NCBI GenBank assembly: GCA_003486675.1
Contig: DNGG01000154.1
Location: 95 to 64,094, forward strand
Direction of reading: 5' to 3'
Length of the DNA: 64,000 bases
Source of the DNA: Cyanobacteria bacterium UBA11372
GTDB lineage: Bacteria > Cyanobacteriota > Cyanobacteriia > Cyanobacteriales > Aerosakkonemataceae
The notes under the pieces are model-generated. The model searched no databases. It was not told the DNA's origin and was given only the letters and a program-made list of their open reading frames with translations. Position 1 is the first letter of the stretch, and each line of letters begins with the position of its first letter. A program made the position numbers and the translations under genes. Positions 1 through 10,272 of the stretch are shown one piece after another.

Positions 1-199
1 GTTAAAGATTCGAGAATTGGCGGATCAAAAAGGTTGGACGCTCAAGGATGTTGCGGATCGTGCGAATGTTCCCTACAGCACCGTCAGGCACTACGCTCGT
101 TCTCAAGGACTAGCAACGGTTGACATAACATCGATTCAAAAGATCGCTCGGATCTTTGATGTTCTGATTGAAGATTTGATGGAAGTAATAGAAGATTGA
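1..199 (+). CDS. XRE-family HTH protein, 5' end cut off by window
   Basis: Frame open from base 2 (LKIRELADQKGWTLKDVADRANVPYSTV...), typical small Cro/C1 HTH. Confidence 0.75.
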   Translation, partial: LKIRELADQKGWTLKDVADRANVPYSTVRHYARSQGLATVDITSIQKIARIFDVLIEDLMEVIED

Positions 200-253
200 C
201 AAGGAATGCAAGCGATCGCTTGATTGAGTAGCGATCGCCTGCAAATCGATTTT

Positions 254-376
254 ATATCATGTCTGGTTGCATCGTTAGCGTCAGCCCTTGCGGGTTTATT
301 TATTCCTTGGGTAACCGTCAAAGATCTTTCATAAAACCCGCCCCTACTATACACTAATTGCTACCGGACATGATGT
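254..376. repeat. MITE-like element with imperfect TIRs enclosing a GTAG-type palindrome
   Basis: ATATCATGTCTGGT (254-267) and ACCGGACATGATGT (363-376) are inverted, 12/14 match; inner GCGGGTTT...AAACCCGCCCCTAC; related copy at 2979-3118. Confidence 0.6.
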
Positions 377-379
377 TGT

Positions 380-1858
380 TTAAACCTGAACCCAAACTGA
401 TACGGAACCGCCTAAACAGCGGAATTCACCCCAGCCCCATTCGTTGGTGTATACGGGTTCTTTAATATGTTCGGTCAAGTCAATAAAAGTCGCATTAGGT
501 TTACCAACTTCCATCCACTTGAAACCTGCCTGTCCATCGCTCATAATTACTGCCATTGCTTTAGGATGATTTTCATCACCTAAGCGCGTCCAACCGATGG
601 TATTCCAATGATCGAAATAGTCGTATTGGGGGCCATAAGCGTAGTTCTGCCGCGCATAAAGGAACTTATCAATTATCCAACGGTGAGAAGGCATAAAAAT
701 CTTGTAACGATTGCCATCCCGTCCCCAATCTTCGTATTCCGCGCCGTAATAATCAGCGTAAAATACGCAGGGATAGCCTTCCCGTCGCAACAGAATCAAG
801 GCGTAAGCTAAAGGTTTAAACCAAGGTTCAACAACGGATTCTAAAGCTTGTAATGGCTGCGAATCGTGATTTTCTACAAATGTGACCGCATGAGTGGGAC
901 GCTGTTGCATCATCGTTCCATCTAAAATGCGCCGCATATCGTAGTTGCCACCCGATTTACTCGCGTAATGGAAGTTATAGTGCAGCGGTACGTCAAATAC
1001 TGACATCCTGCCACCAACTGCATCGACGTACCAATGCAGAGTCTTGATATCGTTAAACCAATACTCGCCAACTGCAAACAGATCTTTCTTAACGTGTTTT
1101 TCCAGTTCATCCAGCCAGAGGGGAAAGAACCAAGATGAAATATGTTTGATCGCATCAATGCGGAAGCCATCTACATTGGTGTTTTCGAGATACCACTTGC
1201 CCCAGTGGGTAATTTCGCCGCGTACCCATTTATTTTGGAAATCTAAATCCGCGCCCATTAAATAGGCAAAATTCCCTTTTTCCAAGGCAACGTAGTCATC
1301 AAACACTTTCCCTTCTAGCAAATAGACCGTATTGCGATCGCTCGGATTATATTCGTTATAATCCACCGCATCAAAATGCCACCAATTCCACTCAAAATTC
1401 GAGTATTTCCCTCCACGTCCGGGGAAAGTAAACTTGGTGTGAGATTTGATTTGTTGCAGTCCGCCTTTGGGATTGATTCGGTCATCTTGCCAGTAAGGTG
1501 TTGCTAAAGGTGTCTCCGTCGCATCCGCACCCAGCTTGTGATTAAGCACCGCATCCCCATAGACTTGAATGCCTTGCGCTTGGAGTGCTTTAATCGCATC
1601 GGTATACTGCTGACGAGTGCCATACTTGGTGCGGATACTACCTTTCTGGTTAAATTCCCCTAAATCGAACAGGTCATAAACGCCATATCCGACATCGCTT
1701 TTTCCCCCAGTTCCTTTATAAGCAGGTGGGAGCCACATCGCGGTGAAACCTGCATCTGCTAATTCCTGGGCGTTATGTTTAACCTTATCCCAGAGAGTGC
1801 CATCATCCGGGATGTACCAGTGGAAGTACTGCATCATCGTACCGTTAAGGTCTGCCAT
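380..1858 (-). CDS. amyA: Alpha-amylase, GH13 (AmyA type)
   Basis: NGTMMQYFHWY start, DVGYGVYDLFDLGEF, GFRIDAIKH, VGEYW, FVENHD catalytic motifs. Confidence 0.93.
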   Translation of the reverse strand: MADLNGTMMQYFHWYIPDDGTLWDKVKHNAQELADAGFTAMWLPPAYKGTGGKSDVGYGVYDLFDLGEFNQKGSIRTKYGTRQQYTDAIKALQAQGIQVYGDAVLNHKLGADATETPLATPYWQDDRINPKGGLQQIKSHTKFTFPGRGGKYSNFEWNWWHFDAVDYNEYNPSDRNTVYLLEGKVFDDYVALEKGNFAYLMGADLDFQNKWVRGEITHWGKWYLENTNVDGFRIDAIKHISSWFFPLWLDELEKHVKKDLFAVGEYWFNDIKTLHWYVDAVGGRMSVFDVPLHYNFHYASKSGGNYDMRRILDGTMMQQRPTHAVTFVENHDSQPLQALESVVEPWFKPLAYALILLRREGYPCVFYADYYGAEYEDWGRDGNRYKIFMPSHRWIIDKFLYARQNYAYGPQYDYFDHWNTIGWTRLGDENHPKAMAVIMSDGQAGFKWMEVGKPNATFIDLTEHIKEPVYTNEWGWGEFRCLGGSVSVWVQV

Positions 1859-2001
1859 GCCGTTCTCCTGCGATCGCATTTCGGGATTGACTGCTCCATC
1901 ATGGCCTTACTGCTGGCTAAGTGAAAAGGGTGCGACGCCCCTCCGCCGGTGTGCGATCGCGCACAAGTTGGTAAGATTAGCTCCAGGAGCAGGTGCGATT
2001 T

Positions 2002-2063
2002 GTAGGGGCGGGTTTTACCAATCACCTTTGATAAAAGCAGACAATTGAACTAAACCCGCCCCT
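2002..2063 (+). repeat. GTAG-type REP-like palindrome
   Basis: GTAGGGGCGGGTTT...TAAACCCGCCCCT. Confidence 0.7.
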
Positions 2064-2134
2064 CTTCGCTAGCAAGTGAGCAACTTTCACCAACTACAAT
2101 TGATCGATAGGCTTGCGCGATGGGAGTTTGAGAA

Positions 2135-2932
2135 ATGCCCTCACCATTTCCAGGAATGGACCCGTATTTAGAGCAGGCGGCGTTTTGGTCTTCGTTTCAT
2201 AGCAGACTTTTGGTAGCGATCGCAGATATAATCGAACCACAGCTTACTCCGCAATACTACGTAGAAGTCGAAACCCGCACGTATCAAAGCGATGATAGCG
2301 ATGATGCCTTGTTGATTGGCATTCCCGATGCGGTTGTGTTCTCCGGTCGCTCGACGGCTTCAACTCCAGAGCAAGCGATCGCAGAAGATGTATCAATTGC
2401 GACTCTGCCTCATCCCGAACGAGTTGCCGTACCCATGCCCCTAGTTGTGAACGAGCGTTATTTGGAAGTGCGGGAAATGGTGACGGATGAAGTGATTACC
2501 GCAATTGAACTGTTATCGCCTAAAAATAAAAAAAGTGGAGAAGGTCGAATTGCTTATGAAAAAAAGCGACGGGCAATTCTGGGGAGTGCGACTCATTTAG
2601 TAGAACTAGATTTGCTGCGCGGCGGCAAGCCAATGGCAATTTTAGGAATGCGTGGAACGAATGCTTATCGAATTTTAATTAGCCGCAGTCATATTCGTCC
2701 GGCGGCGGATCTCTATAATGTTTCTCTGCAACAACAATTACCCAATTTTCCCATTCCTTTGAAACCAGGCGATCCAGAACCGATTGTACCCTTGCAGGAA
2801 GTGTTTAATGGAGTGTGCGATCGCGCCCGTTACCCCAGCCGCATCGATTATCGCCTACCAATTCCACCACCCGCCTTGTCGGAAAACGACCAACAGTGGG
2901 CTGAGGCGTTGTTAACGCCATTTCGACAATAG
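2135..2932 (+). CDS. DUF4058 family protein
   Basis: MPSPFPGMDPYLE N-terminus, IELLSPKNK, HLVELDLLRGG. Confidence 0.88.
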   Translation: MPSPFPGMDPYLEQAAFWSSFHSRLLVAIADIIEPQLTPQYYVEVETRTYQSDDSDDALLIGIPDAVVFSGRSTASTPEQAIAEDVSIATLPHPERVAVPMPLVVNERYLEVREMVTDEVITAIELLSPKNKKSGEGRIAYEKKRRAILGSATHLVELDLLRGGKPMAILGMRGTNAYRILISRSHIRPAADLYNVSLQQQLPNFPIPLKPGDPEPIVPLQEVFNGVCDRARYPSRIDYRLPIPPPALSENDQQWAEALLTPFRQ

Positions 2933-2978
2933 CAACGTTTTCATACTTTGGATTACGATCGTTCGTCAGTCCATTCTC

Positions 2979-3118
2979 ATATCCTGTCCTTAAGCAAGGG
3001 TAGCGTATAATTTTTGACGAGAGTAGGGGCGGGTTTTACCAACCAGTCTACGGAAGCACGAGATATCTCGTTAAACCCGCCCCGCCCGATACAATACCGA
3101 TGCAACCTGACATGATAC
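2979..3118. repeat. MITE-like element, second copy in opposite orientation to 254-376
   Basis: GTAGGGGCGGGTTTTA...TAAACCCGC...CGATGCAACCTGACATGATA matches reverse complement of 254-347. Confidence 0.6.
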
Positions 3119-3155
3119 GACGAAGTATTAGACTGCATTTTAGCTTCAATATGGA

Positions 3156-3779
3156 CTAAGATTTAGTAATTAAAAATACTCCGACGGCGATCGTTACACA
3201 GCCAGCGGCGATGTTGATTCTTTTTCTGAATTTAGAACTAATCAGCAATCTAGCTTTATCTGCCATGAAGGCATAACCAAGTTTTACACCGCCTACGGCT
3301 AGGGTAGCGATCGCGATGATAATGCCGGTATCCAAATAAGATATTTTAGAAATATCAAGAAAAGCTGGAAAGAAGCCAAAATAAAACAAGATGGCTTTTT
3401 GATCGGCTAATGTAATCAGCAATCCCGTCATAAAACTGGACAGCAAAGAAGATTTTACAACCTCCTCCGTTTCCACTTCCTGAGATTTTGACCTGCATAA
3501 CCTGATTCCCAACCAGATAAGATATGCGCCACCAATGTATTTTATTAGTACAAATAGGTTACCCATCGTTTCAGCAAGAAACGATAAACCCCAAATCGCT
3601 ATGATGATAAAAATGATGTCACCCAGCACTATTCCTATGGTTGCGAACACACCATGAATAAATCCAGATGCAGCCGCTCTTGTGGTGACAGCCAGTACGC
3701 TGATACTGGGAATAGATGCCAGAACAATCATGGCACTGAATAATGCTACGATACTGCTAAATGTCATATTGCTTTGCAT
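3156..3779 (-). CDS. LysE/RhtB family translocator
   Basis: Hydrophobic; IKYIGGAYLIWLGI and GLLITLADQKAILFY motifs. Confidence 0.88.
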   Translation of the reverse strand: MQSNMTFSSIVALFSAMIVLASIPSISVLAVTTRAAASGFIHGVFATIGIVLGDIIFIIIAIWGLSFLAETMGNLFVLIKYIGGAYLIWLGIRLCRSKSQEVETEEVVKSSLLSSFMTGLLITLADQKAILFYFGFFPAFLDISKISYLDTGIIIAIATLAVGGVKLGYAFMADKARLLISSKFRKRINIAAGCVTIAVGVFLITKS

Positions 3780-3867
3780 GGGGATAATGCCTAACGACTG
3801 AAGTCGCGGCTACACAAACAAAGACCGCCTGCGCGGTCTATAAAATAAAGGGGATAATCAATTTTAT

Positions 3868-4197
3868 CTAAAATGTTCCTAGCAGTGGTAGCACTTTTTT
3901 CTTCAGTAACTCTACCAAAGCTGGCTCCATGTACTCATACTCATCAGGTATGTCCAGGCAAATCACTCGCTTACCTTTGAGCCAAGGCTGAAAGTTCTTT
4001 GAAAGTTTGCTTCGATGTGACTTTTCCATCACAAAAATGATATCTGCCCACTCGATTACCTCACTGGATAGAGGTGTTTCTGCTTCTCGATCTATTCCTG
4101 CTGACTCAACAGCAAGCCCCTCATACTCAGAGAATACTGCTTCGGCTGTGGGACTGCGTAATCGATTCTTGCTGCAAATAAATAACAATTTCTTCAT
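3868..4197 (-). CDS. Low molecular weight protein tyrosine phosphatase family protein
   Basis: LFICSKNRLRSPTAE P-loop, WADIIFVME, LDIPD; likely start ATG 4197. Confidence 0.88.
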   Translation of the reverse strand: MKKLLFICSKNRLRSPTAEAVFSEYEGLAVESAGIDREAETPLSSEVIEWADIIFVMEKSHRSKLSKNFQPWLKGKRVICLDIPDEYEYMEPALVELLKKKVLPLLGTF

Positions 4198-4305
4198 CAG
4201 CAACAGTTTAGCTAAAATATACAGACAATCGCCAGCGCTGGCGCGGGCTATTGATCGCAGTGTTGTACTACACATATCCTTTACAATACTTTTGCTTGAG
4301 ATTCC

Positions 4306-4372
4306 GTAGGTTGGGTTGAGGCACGAAACCCAACCTCAGACTGTTGGGTTTCCCACGGTAAGCCCAACCTAC
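4306..4372. repeat. GTAG-type REP doublet
   Basis: GTAGGTTGGGTT...AACCCAAC...GTTGGGTT...CCCAACCTAC. Confidence 0.7.
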
Positions 4373-4406
4373 TACTGCACAAAAGTGTTAGATAGCGGCT
4401 ACTTGA

Positions 4407-5135
4407 TTAGTCAATGATGTACCCAGGCTCAAGGTATAACGAATATCGCAAACCGTTGTAACTGAGAGCCTTCCATTCAGGAAATCCTGAAATATCCACA
4501 TACAGCGAAATAATTTGGTCATACTCTGTTAATCTACGCAACTTGGCGGTACGAGTATCTCTTGATAGGTTGTTAACTAACGATATTAACTCAAAAGCCT
4601 GCTCCTTGAAGTTGCCCTCAGATGAAGCAATAACAATATCTTGATAGAGTTCAGAAGGATTTAACAAATGACCGAGAACACGACTGGGCGCTTCCAACTG
4701 AAAAATCTTGGATGCTTCCCAAGCCGATAACAGAGATAATGCTTCAAAGTCTGGGAAAGCAGCAATTTGGCAAAGCGTATTTGCATAACTTTTCTGTTCA
4801 ATGCAGATAGCTCCTCTCTCTAAAAGGTAATGAGGGGGTAGATATTCCTCCTTCCTTTTTTCAGAAGCCTTCTCAATAGTTGTGAAGGCAGGCATTATAA
4901 ACACCACTGAGTCCGCTCGTTTGAGTTCAACCCAACCTTGAGGTTGACATCCTACAATACCGCAGGCTTCACAGACAATGAATTGAAGCTCAGCCTCTCC
5001 CCAATTCACATATTCAACTGCATTAATAAGCTGAACGTTATCATCCCATAGCTGAGTAACAGAAATCTTAGACTGAAAAGAAGATGAAAATTCCAATTCT
5101 GCTTTTATAGTTGTGGGATTTGTTAGTTGCCACAT
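4407..5135 (-). CDS. Hypothetical protein, cassette-like
   Basis: 242-aa ORF with CEACGIVGC; no HIP1 seen; flanked by GTTAGAT/ATCTAAC. Confidence 0.7.
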   Translation of the reverse strand: MWQLTNPTTIKAELEFSSSFQSKISVTQLWDDNVQLINAVEYVNWGEAELQFIVCEACGIVGCQPQGWVELKRADSVVFIMPAFTTIEKASEKRKEEYLPPHYLLERGAICIEQKSYANTLCQIAAFPDFEALSLLSAWEASKIFQLEAPSRVLGHLLNPSELYQDIVIASSEGNFKEQAFELISLVNNLSRDTRTAKLRRLTEYDQIISLYVDISGFPEWKALSYNGLRYSLYLEPGYIID

Positions 5136-5263
5136 CTGGAAACGATAGTCATCTAACTATATATTATGGCGCTTGGCGGTCATACATGCTTTTACAGTGC
5201 ATAAAACCGCATAAGAGTGTCATAAAATGCCCAGCTATGGAAATTTTCGCTCAGAGTTAATCT

Positions 5264-5311
5264 GCGATCGCTCCTACCCATCAGTTAATTCTGACAGATA
5301 GGAGCGATCGC
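5264..5311. terminator. HIP1-bounded inverted repeat downstream of glyA
   Basis: GCGATCGCTCCTA...TCAG TTAATT CTGA...TAGGAGCGATCGC. Confidence 0.5.
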
Positions 5312-5326
5312 CAACGCATTTCCTAA

Positions 5327-6610
5327 CTACGCTAAAGCAGGAACGGGTATTGTCAAATGCGGATATAACGGGAAGCGCGAACACAAACTCGCTACCCGAC
5401 GCCGACAGTCACTCGCTACTGTTTCATCTTCCGGATGCAACAATCGGTCTGCAATAATGTTGGCAATTTCGGTAAATTCTGCCGTTCCCATTCCCCGCGT
5501 GGTCATCGCAGGCGAACCCAAGCGCAATCCAGAAGTCACAAACGGCGACTCTGTATCAAATGGCACTGTATTTTTATTCGCCGTAATGTTGACGCCGCTG
5601 ACGAGTTTGTCTGCAAGCTTTCCGGTCATGCCGATGCTACGTAAATCTACTAGCATCAAGTGATTATCAGTGCCGCCGGATACAATCTTGAATCCCCGTG
5701 CTTGCAGTTGAGTTGCCATTGCTTTGGCATTTTCGATTACTTGGCCCGAATAGGTTTTATATTCTGGTTTGAGGGCTTCGCCAAACGCGACTGCTTTAGC
5801 GGCGATGACGTGTTCCAATGGGCCACCTTGAGTTCCGGGGAAGACGGCTTTATCGAGTTGTTTGCCCAATTCGGCGTCGTTGGTCATAATTAAACCACCT
5901 CTGGGGCCGCGCAAGGTTTTGTGGGTGGTGGTGGTGACGACGTGACAGTGGGGGAGGGGATTGGGATGATGTCCGGTGGCGACTAATCCGGCGATGTGGG
6001 CGATATCGGCTAATAGGTAAGCGCCAATTTCGTCTGCGATCGCTCTAAACTTTTCAAAGTCGATGATGCGGGGATAAGCCGAATAGCCGCAAACAATTAA
6101 TTTAGGACGATGTTGCAGCGCCAGTTCCCGCACTTGGTCATAATCTAATTGTTCGGTTTCTTGGCTGACGCCGTAGTGCTGCACTTTAAACCATTTCCCC
6201 GACACGTTGACGGGGGAACCGTGGGTTAAGTGTCCGCCGTGGGACAAATCCATCCCCATAATCGTATCCCCTGGTTTTAACAGGGACAGGAATACGGCAA
6301 AATTGGCTTGAGCGCCGGAGTGGGGTTGGACATTCGCCCAAGCAGCGCCAAACAGTTGCTTAACTCGGTCGATGGCGAGTTGCTCGATTTTATCGATATA
6401 TTCGCAGCCGCCGTAATAGCGCTTTCCGGGTAAACCTTCGGCGTATTTGTTGGTTAAAACCGATCCTTGGGCGGCTAGAACAGCTGCCGAGGTAAAGTTT
6501 TCGCTAGCAATTAATTCTAAATGGTCGCGTTGTCGCCCAAGCTCTTGAGCAATCAAATCTGCAACCATTGGATCGGTTTCGGCGAGGAAGTGTAAGTTAG
6601 TGTCAGTCAC
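5327..6610 (-). CDS. glyA: Serine hydroxymethyltransferase
   Basis: [38 protein letters not shown] lysine motif. Confidence 0.98.
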   Translation of the reverse strand: MTDTNLHFLAETDPMVADLIAQELGRQRDHLELIASENFTSAAVLAAQGSVLTNKYAEGLPGKRYYGGCEYIDKIEQLAIDRVKQLFGAAWANVQPHSGAQANFAVFLSLLKPGDTIMGMDLSHGGHLTHGSPVNVSGKWFKVQHYGVSQETEQLDYDQVRELALQHRPKLIVCGYSAYPRIIDFEKFRAIADEIGAYLLADIAHIAGLVATGHHPNPLPHCHVVTTTTHKTLRGPRGGLIMTNDAELGKQLDKAVFPGTQGGPLEHVIAAKAVAFGEALKPEYKTYSGQVIENAKAMATQLQARGFKIVSGGTDNHLMLVDLRSIGMTGKLADKLVSGVNITANKNTVPFDTESPFVTSGLRLGSPAMTTRGMGTAEFTEIANIIADRLLHPEDETVASDCRRRVASLCSRFPLYPHLTIPVPALA

Positions 6611-6837
6611 AATGCGTCCCAAGTAGTCAAGATTTTAAGTAGCGGTCGTGCGATCGCGTTCCCCATGATAGCGCCGTTTTTCCTATCTCTGACAGATGTT
6701 CAGCCTCTTTTTAACAACTTGGGGGCGGAACAGAGCGATCGCTCTTTTAAGCTCTGTGTGTATTTATACCATTTTCCCAAATGCTTAACTTAAAATTAAC
6801 TTAGTTGCATCACCGGATGTACTGGAGGTGTCAAACT

Positions 6838-7035
6838 ATGTTAGTCATCTTAATGGAAGAGCAAGTCCTTCCTCCCCAGGTTGTTTGTCAAACCTGCTTG
6901 CTAGCCGACCACAGCGGTCAACCCCGCTGGCGAGGCGGTCAACTGCGTTGCGGTCACGCCGTTGGTAAACTGGGGGAAAATCAACCAGACCAGTACGAGT
7001 GTCAAATGGGCTTCCGCATCGCCAATATCAAGTAA
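6838..7035 (+). CDS. Small Cys-containing hypothetical protein
   Basis: MLVILM...CQTCLLAD...YECQMGFR resembles a conserved small cyanobacterial protein. Confidence 0.65.
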   Translation: MLVILMEEQVLPPQVVCQTCLLADHSGQPRWRGGQLRCGHAVGKLGENQPDQYECQMGFRIANIK

Positions 7036-7336
7036 TATCGCTCCCGAACTGAAATCAAATCCACGCCTAGAACGCCAAAGACGCTCCCACTCGCCTTTGG
7101 GGTAAGTCTTCAAATGCGATCGTGCGCTATCCTGGGTTTAACAGCATTTCCATCCCTCGCGATCTAAATGCAGCGATAAATCTGGAAAATGCCTCAAAAA
7201 ATCGAATACGTGCAGCCAGCGCGTTCTTTACGCCTGCGGACAAGAAGATGCGGTCAAAGAAAGCGAAATGCTTGACTTGAATAAGTTTTGTCCTGCACAA
7301 AAAAACGATTCTCGATCGCAATAGGAGAAAACACTG

Positions 7337-7813
7337 ATGAATTCGCGCGGGTCTACGACCGTTGCAGACCGGATTTTTGCTTCCCTACCCTACTTACTAC
7401 CCTTGATTGACGGGCTAGGATTTGGTCGTTATTGGTTTCAAGAATTTCCACCTCTGAAAGTTTTGATTTTGCCGCTTGTACCCGTGCTGCAAATTTACTC
7501 GCTTCCCTTCGCTGGGTTAATTATTTTCTTTGCTTTGTATTTCCTGGTGGTTAGAAGCGAAAATACCAGTCACTTTGTTCGTTTTAATACAATGCAGGCG
7601 ATTCTGATCGACATTGTTATCATCATGTGTCGTTTGATTGTGTCAATTATGGAACCGACTTTCCAGAGTAGCACTTTTATTGTGGAAACTCTGTATAACA
7701 CAATTTTTCTGGGAGTTTTAGCATCTGTTATCTACTCGGTATTTCAGTCACTGCTGGGGCGCTATGCAGAAATTCCCGCTATTTCCGAGGCGGTTAACAC
7801 GCAGATTCGTTAG
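7337..7813 (+). CDS. Tic20/Ycf60 family membrane protein
   Basis: DRIFASLPYLLPL, HFVRFNTMQAIL, GRYAEIPAISEAV. Confidence 0.9.
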   Translation: MNSRGSTTVADRIFASLPYLLPLIDGLGFGRYWFQEFPPLKVLILPLVPVLQIYSLPFAGLIIFFALYFLVVRSENTSHFVRFNTMQAILIDIVIIMCRLIVSIMEPTFQSSTFIVETLYNTIFLGVLASVIYSVFQSLLGRYAEIPAISEAVNTQIR

Positions 7814-8009
7814 TTAATAAACTTTGGCTGGTTTGGGTTCCCAGGCGATAGTCTGGGAATAATTATTCAGAGGTGTTCAGGGGATTAGAATTAAGGTTTT
7901 TCATGGCATAATTTAGGGGTGAGGCTAATTAGAACAAACGTAAGGTACCTTTGTGTTTTGATCGGAGTTAGCAGAAATTGTTGAAAATTTGAGCGGGGAG
8001 AATAAATCA

Positions 8010-8561
8010 ATGGCTTGGCGCGGACGTACTGCACTAAAAGATAGAATTTTGTCATGCTTGCCTTATCTTTTACCTTTAATTGAAGTTTATGGGTTTGGTC
8101 TGTTATTTTCGTTAATACTGCCTGCAATTTTCCAGCAATTGATAACCTGGTTGTATCTTCCTCTTTACCCTGTGATGTTGCTCTATGGCTATGTAAGTCA
8201 ATTTGTACCGTTTTTTGGTTTCATCCTTTTCTTTGTTTTGTACTTGCTAGTGGTGAGAAACGAGAAACTTATACACTTTCTTCGCTTCCATACAATGCAG
8301 GCTCTGATGTTGTCTATTTTGGCGTCCCTATTTGCTGCTATTCTGGAACTTCTCGGTTTGTTGCGTATACCAAATGTATTTTCTTCACTAGCATCACCTA
8401 TAATCCCCGCAGCGTCTGCGCCAATTTTGGTGGTCTTATTAGTAGGTGCCATCTTCCTAGTAGTTGTGGCTAGTTGTATCTATTCGATTGTGCAGGCTTT
8501 GCGGGGGATGTATGCGGAAATTCCGATTATTTCCGAAGCTGTTTATGGACAAACTCGATAG
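8010..8561 (+). CDS. Tic20/Ycf60 family membrane protein, tandem paralog
   Basis: DRILSCLPYLLPL, HFLRFHTMQAL, GMYAEIPIISEAV. Confidence 0.88.
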   Translation: MAWRGRTALKDRILSCLPYLLPLIEVYGFGLLFSLILPAIFQQLITWLYLPLYPVMLLYGYVSQFVPFFGFILFFVLYLLVVRNEKLIHFLRFHTMQALMLSILASLFAAILELLGLLRIPNVFSSLASPIIPAASAPILVVLLVGAIFLVVVASCIYSIVQALRGMYAEIPIISEAVYGQTR

Positions 8562-8633
8562 CTCAAGGCAAGCTTTGTGGAAGTCTTGGATGTCCAAACT
8601 GGAATTAAATGGGCAGTAGTGCGATCGCTACCG

Positions 8634-9431
8634 TCAAACCTCACCTCCACTTTTTGAAGGTCTTGCGGCGACGGTATTTTCTAAAGACCCAATTCCTTCA
8701 ATTTCCACTCGCACGCGATCGCCTACTTGCAACGGTGCAATCCCCGCCGGAGTTCCAGTCAAAACCACATCCCCAGGCAGCAAGGTCATCACTTGACTAA
8801 CATAGGACACCAGTTGATCCGGGGAAAATACCATCTGATCGATGGCAGCGGATTGTACCGGATCTGGGTTATCATTCAAAAACGTTTGCAATCTGGCTCC
8901 CGGACTCAATTCGCGAACGATCCAAGGGCCTAACGGACAGAAGGTATCGAATCCTTTGGCTCGCGTCCACTGACTATCCTTTCTTTGTAAATCTCGCGCC
9001 GTCACGTCGTTGGCGATGGTGTAACCCCAAATTTTCGCTGCCGCTTGTTGGGGCGTACAATCTTTGGCGCGATCGCCAATCACCAGCGCCAGTTCCCCTT
9101 CATAATCAACGCGCCCAGATTGGGGAGGATACCAAATATCGGTAGCAGTCGGAATTACCGTTGTTGGTGGCTTCAAAAACAATAGCGGCTCTTTTGGTAC
9201 ATCGGTTCCCATTTCGTTGGCGTGAGCCGCATAATTTTTACCTACCGCTACAATCTTGGAGGGAGCGCAAGGAGCTAAAAGCTTGTAACTGTCTGGCGCT
9301 AACTCTACATTGGTAGGTTGACCTTGCAACCAAGGAGGCGCATCCAGGATGATAACGCTGCGACTTAGTTGTAATAAGCCGTAATAAGTCTCACCCTTAG
9401 CAGTCTGAACTCGGACGTAGCGTTTAGCCAT
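8634..9431 (-). CDS. Fumarylacetoacetate hydrolase family protein
   Basis: VGKNYAAH, DYEGEL, NDVTARD, KGFDTFCPLGP, LTGTPAG. Confidence 0.93.
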   Translation of the reverse strand: MAKRYVRVQTAKGETYYGLLQLSRSVIILDAPPWLQGQPTNVELAPDSYKLLAPCAPSKIVAVGKNYAAHANEMGTDVPKEPLLFLKPPTTVIPTATDIWYPPQSGRVDYEGELALVIGDRAKDCTPQQAAAKIWGYTIANDVTARDLQRKDSQWTRAKGFDTFCPLGPWIVRELSPGARLQTFLNDNPDPVQSAAIDQMVFSPDQLVSYVSQVMTLLPGDVVLTGTPAGIAPLQVGDRVRVEIEGIGSLENTVAARPSKSGGEV

Positions 9432-9781
9432 AAATTAGAGGGGAAGGGAAAAAGAACAGGGAAAAACAGACTATTAGCCAGGGCGATCGCGCGCGTGCGA
9501 TCGCAGGCTGCTATTGACACTGTAAGAGAACGGGAACGCGGTAAGCGGGTATTTTTACATCTTTCGCCAAACCCAACTCGGCATTTTTAACTGCTGTCAA
9601 AATATGTTACGCTGTTCGGCACTCATTTTAGGTCAGGGCAAAAAGTTGGCTGCTTGCCCTGTATCGTTTAAGGGCAAATTTTTGTAGAATAAGAATTCCT
9701 TGCTACTGGCTGACCGGGTGAGAGAAGCTTCGCACCTTTGTTCTAGCAGTGGCCTTTGTGTCCATAAGGAGAAGATATCCG

Positions 9782-10114
9782 ATGCAAAACTACGAAACTA
9801 TGTATATTCTGCGTCCCGATCTGGGAGAAGAACAGGTCGAGCTAGCGATCGCAAAATATCAAAATATCCTGCGGGAAAATGGCGGCGACGGGATCGAAAT
9901 CCAGCATCGCGGTAAGCGCCGTCTCGCCTACGAGATTAAAAAGCAGCGCGACGGGATCTATATCCAAATGAACTATAAAGCCAAAGGCAGCGCGATCGCT
10001 GTCGTAGAACGCGCTATGCGCCTCTCGGATGAAGTGATTCGCTACCTCACGATCAAACCCGAAGCCGCGACTGAAGATAATACAGCCAAAGAACCTGCTG
10101 AAGTAGAAGCATAG
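9782..10114 (+). CDS. rpsF: 30S ribosomal protein S6
   Basis: [25 protein letters not shown]. Confidence 0.97.
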   Translation: MQNYETMYILRPDLGEEQVELAIAKYQNILRENGGDGIEIQHRGKRRLAYEIKKQRDGIYIQMNYKAKGSAIAVVERAMRLSDEVIRYLTIKPEAATEDNTAKEPAEVEA

Positions 10115-10129
10115 CGACTCTGAGTGCAA

Positions 10130-10197
10130 GGTAATGGGTAATTGGTAATTGGTAATTGGTCATCAGCTGAACCATAACCTATTACCTATGACCCAAT
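10130..10197. repeat. STRR-type heptamer array followed by an inverted degenerate array
   Basis: GGTAATG GGTAATT GGTAATT GGTAATT then CCATAAC CTATTAC CTATGAC CCAAT. Confidence 0.7.
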
Positions 10198-10272
10198 GGG
10201 ATAACCATGATAAGATGGGCGCGAATGGCAAACCACGCCCATTGTTGGCAATATCGTCGATGAGGAGCGATC

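Noticed and set aside
2930-2975. Second CTGACGA...GAAA hammerhead candidate on minus strand
   Set aside because: No convincing stems I, II or III; other CTGANGA hits I noticed (e.g. near 51550 and 52730) also lack flanking stems
7040-7330. Possible ncRNA between the small ORF and the first Tic20 gene
   Set aside because: No recognisable family motif or convincing structure by eye
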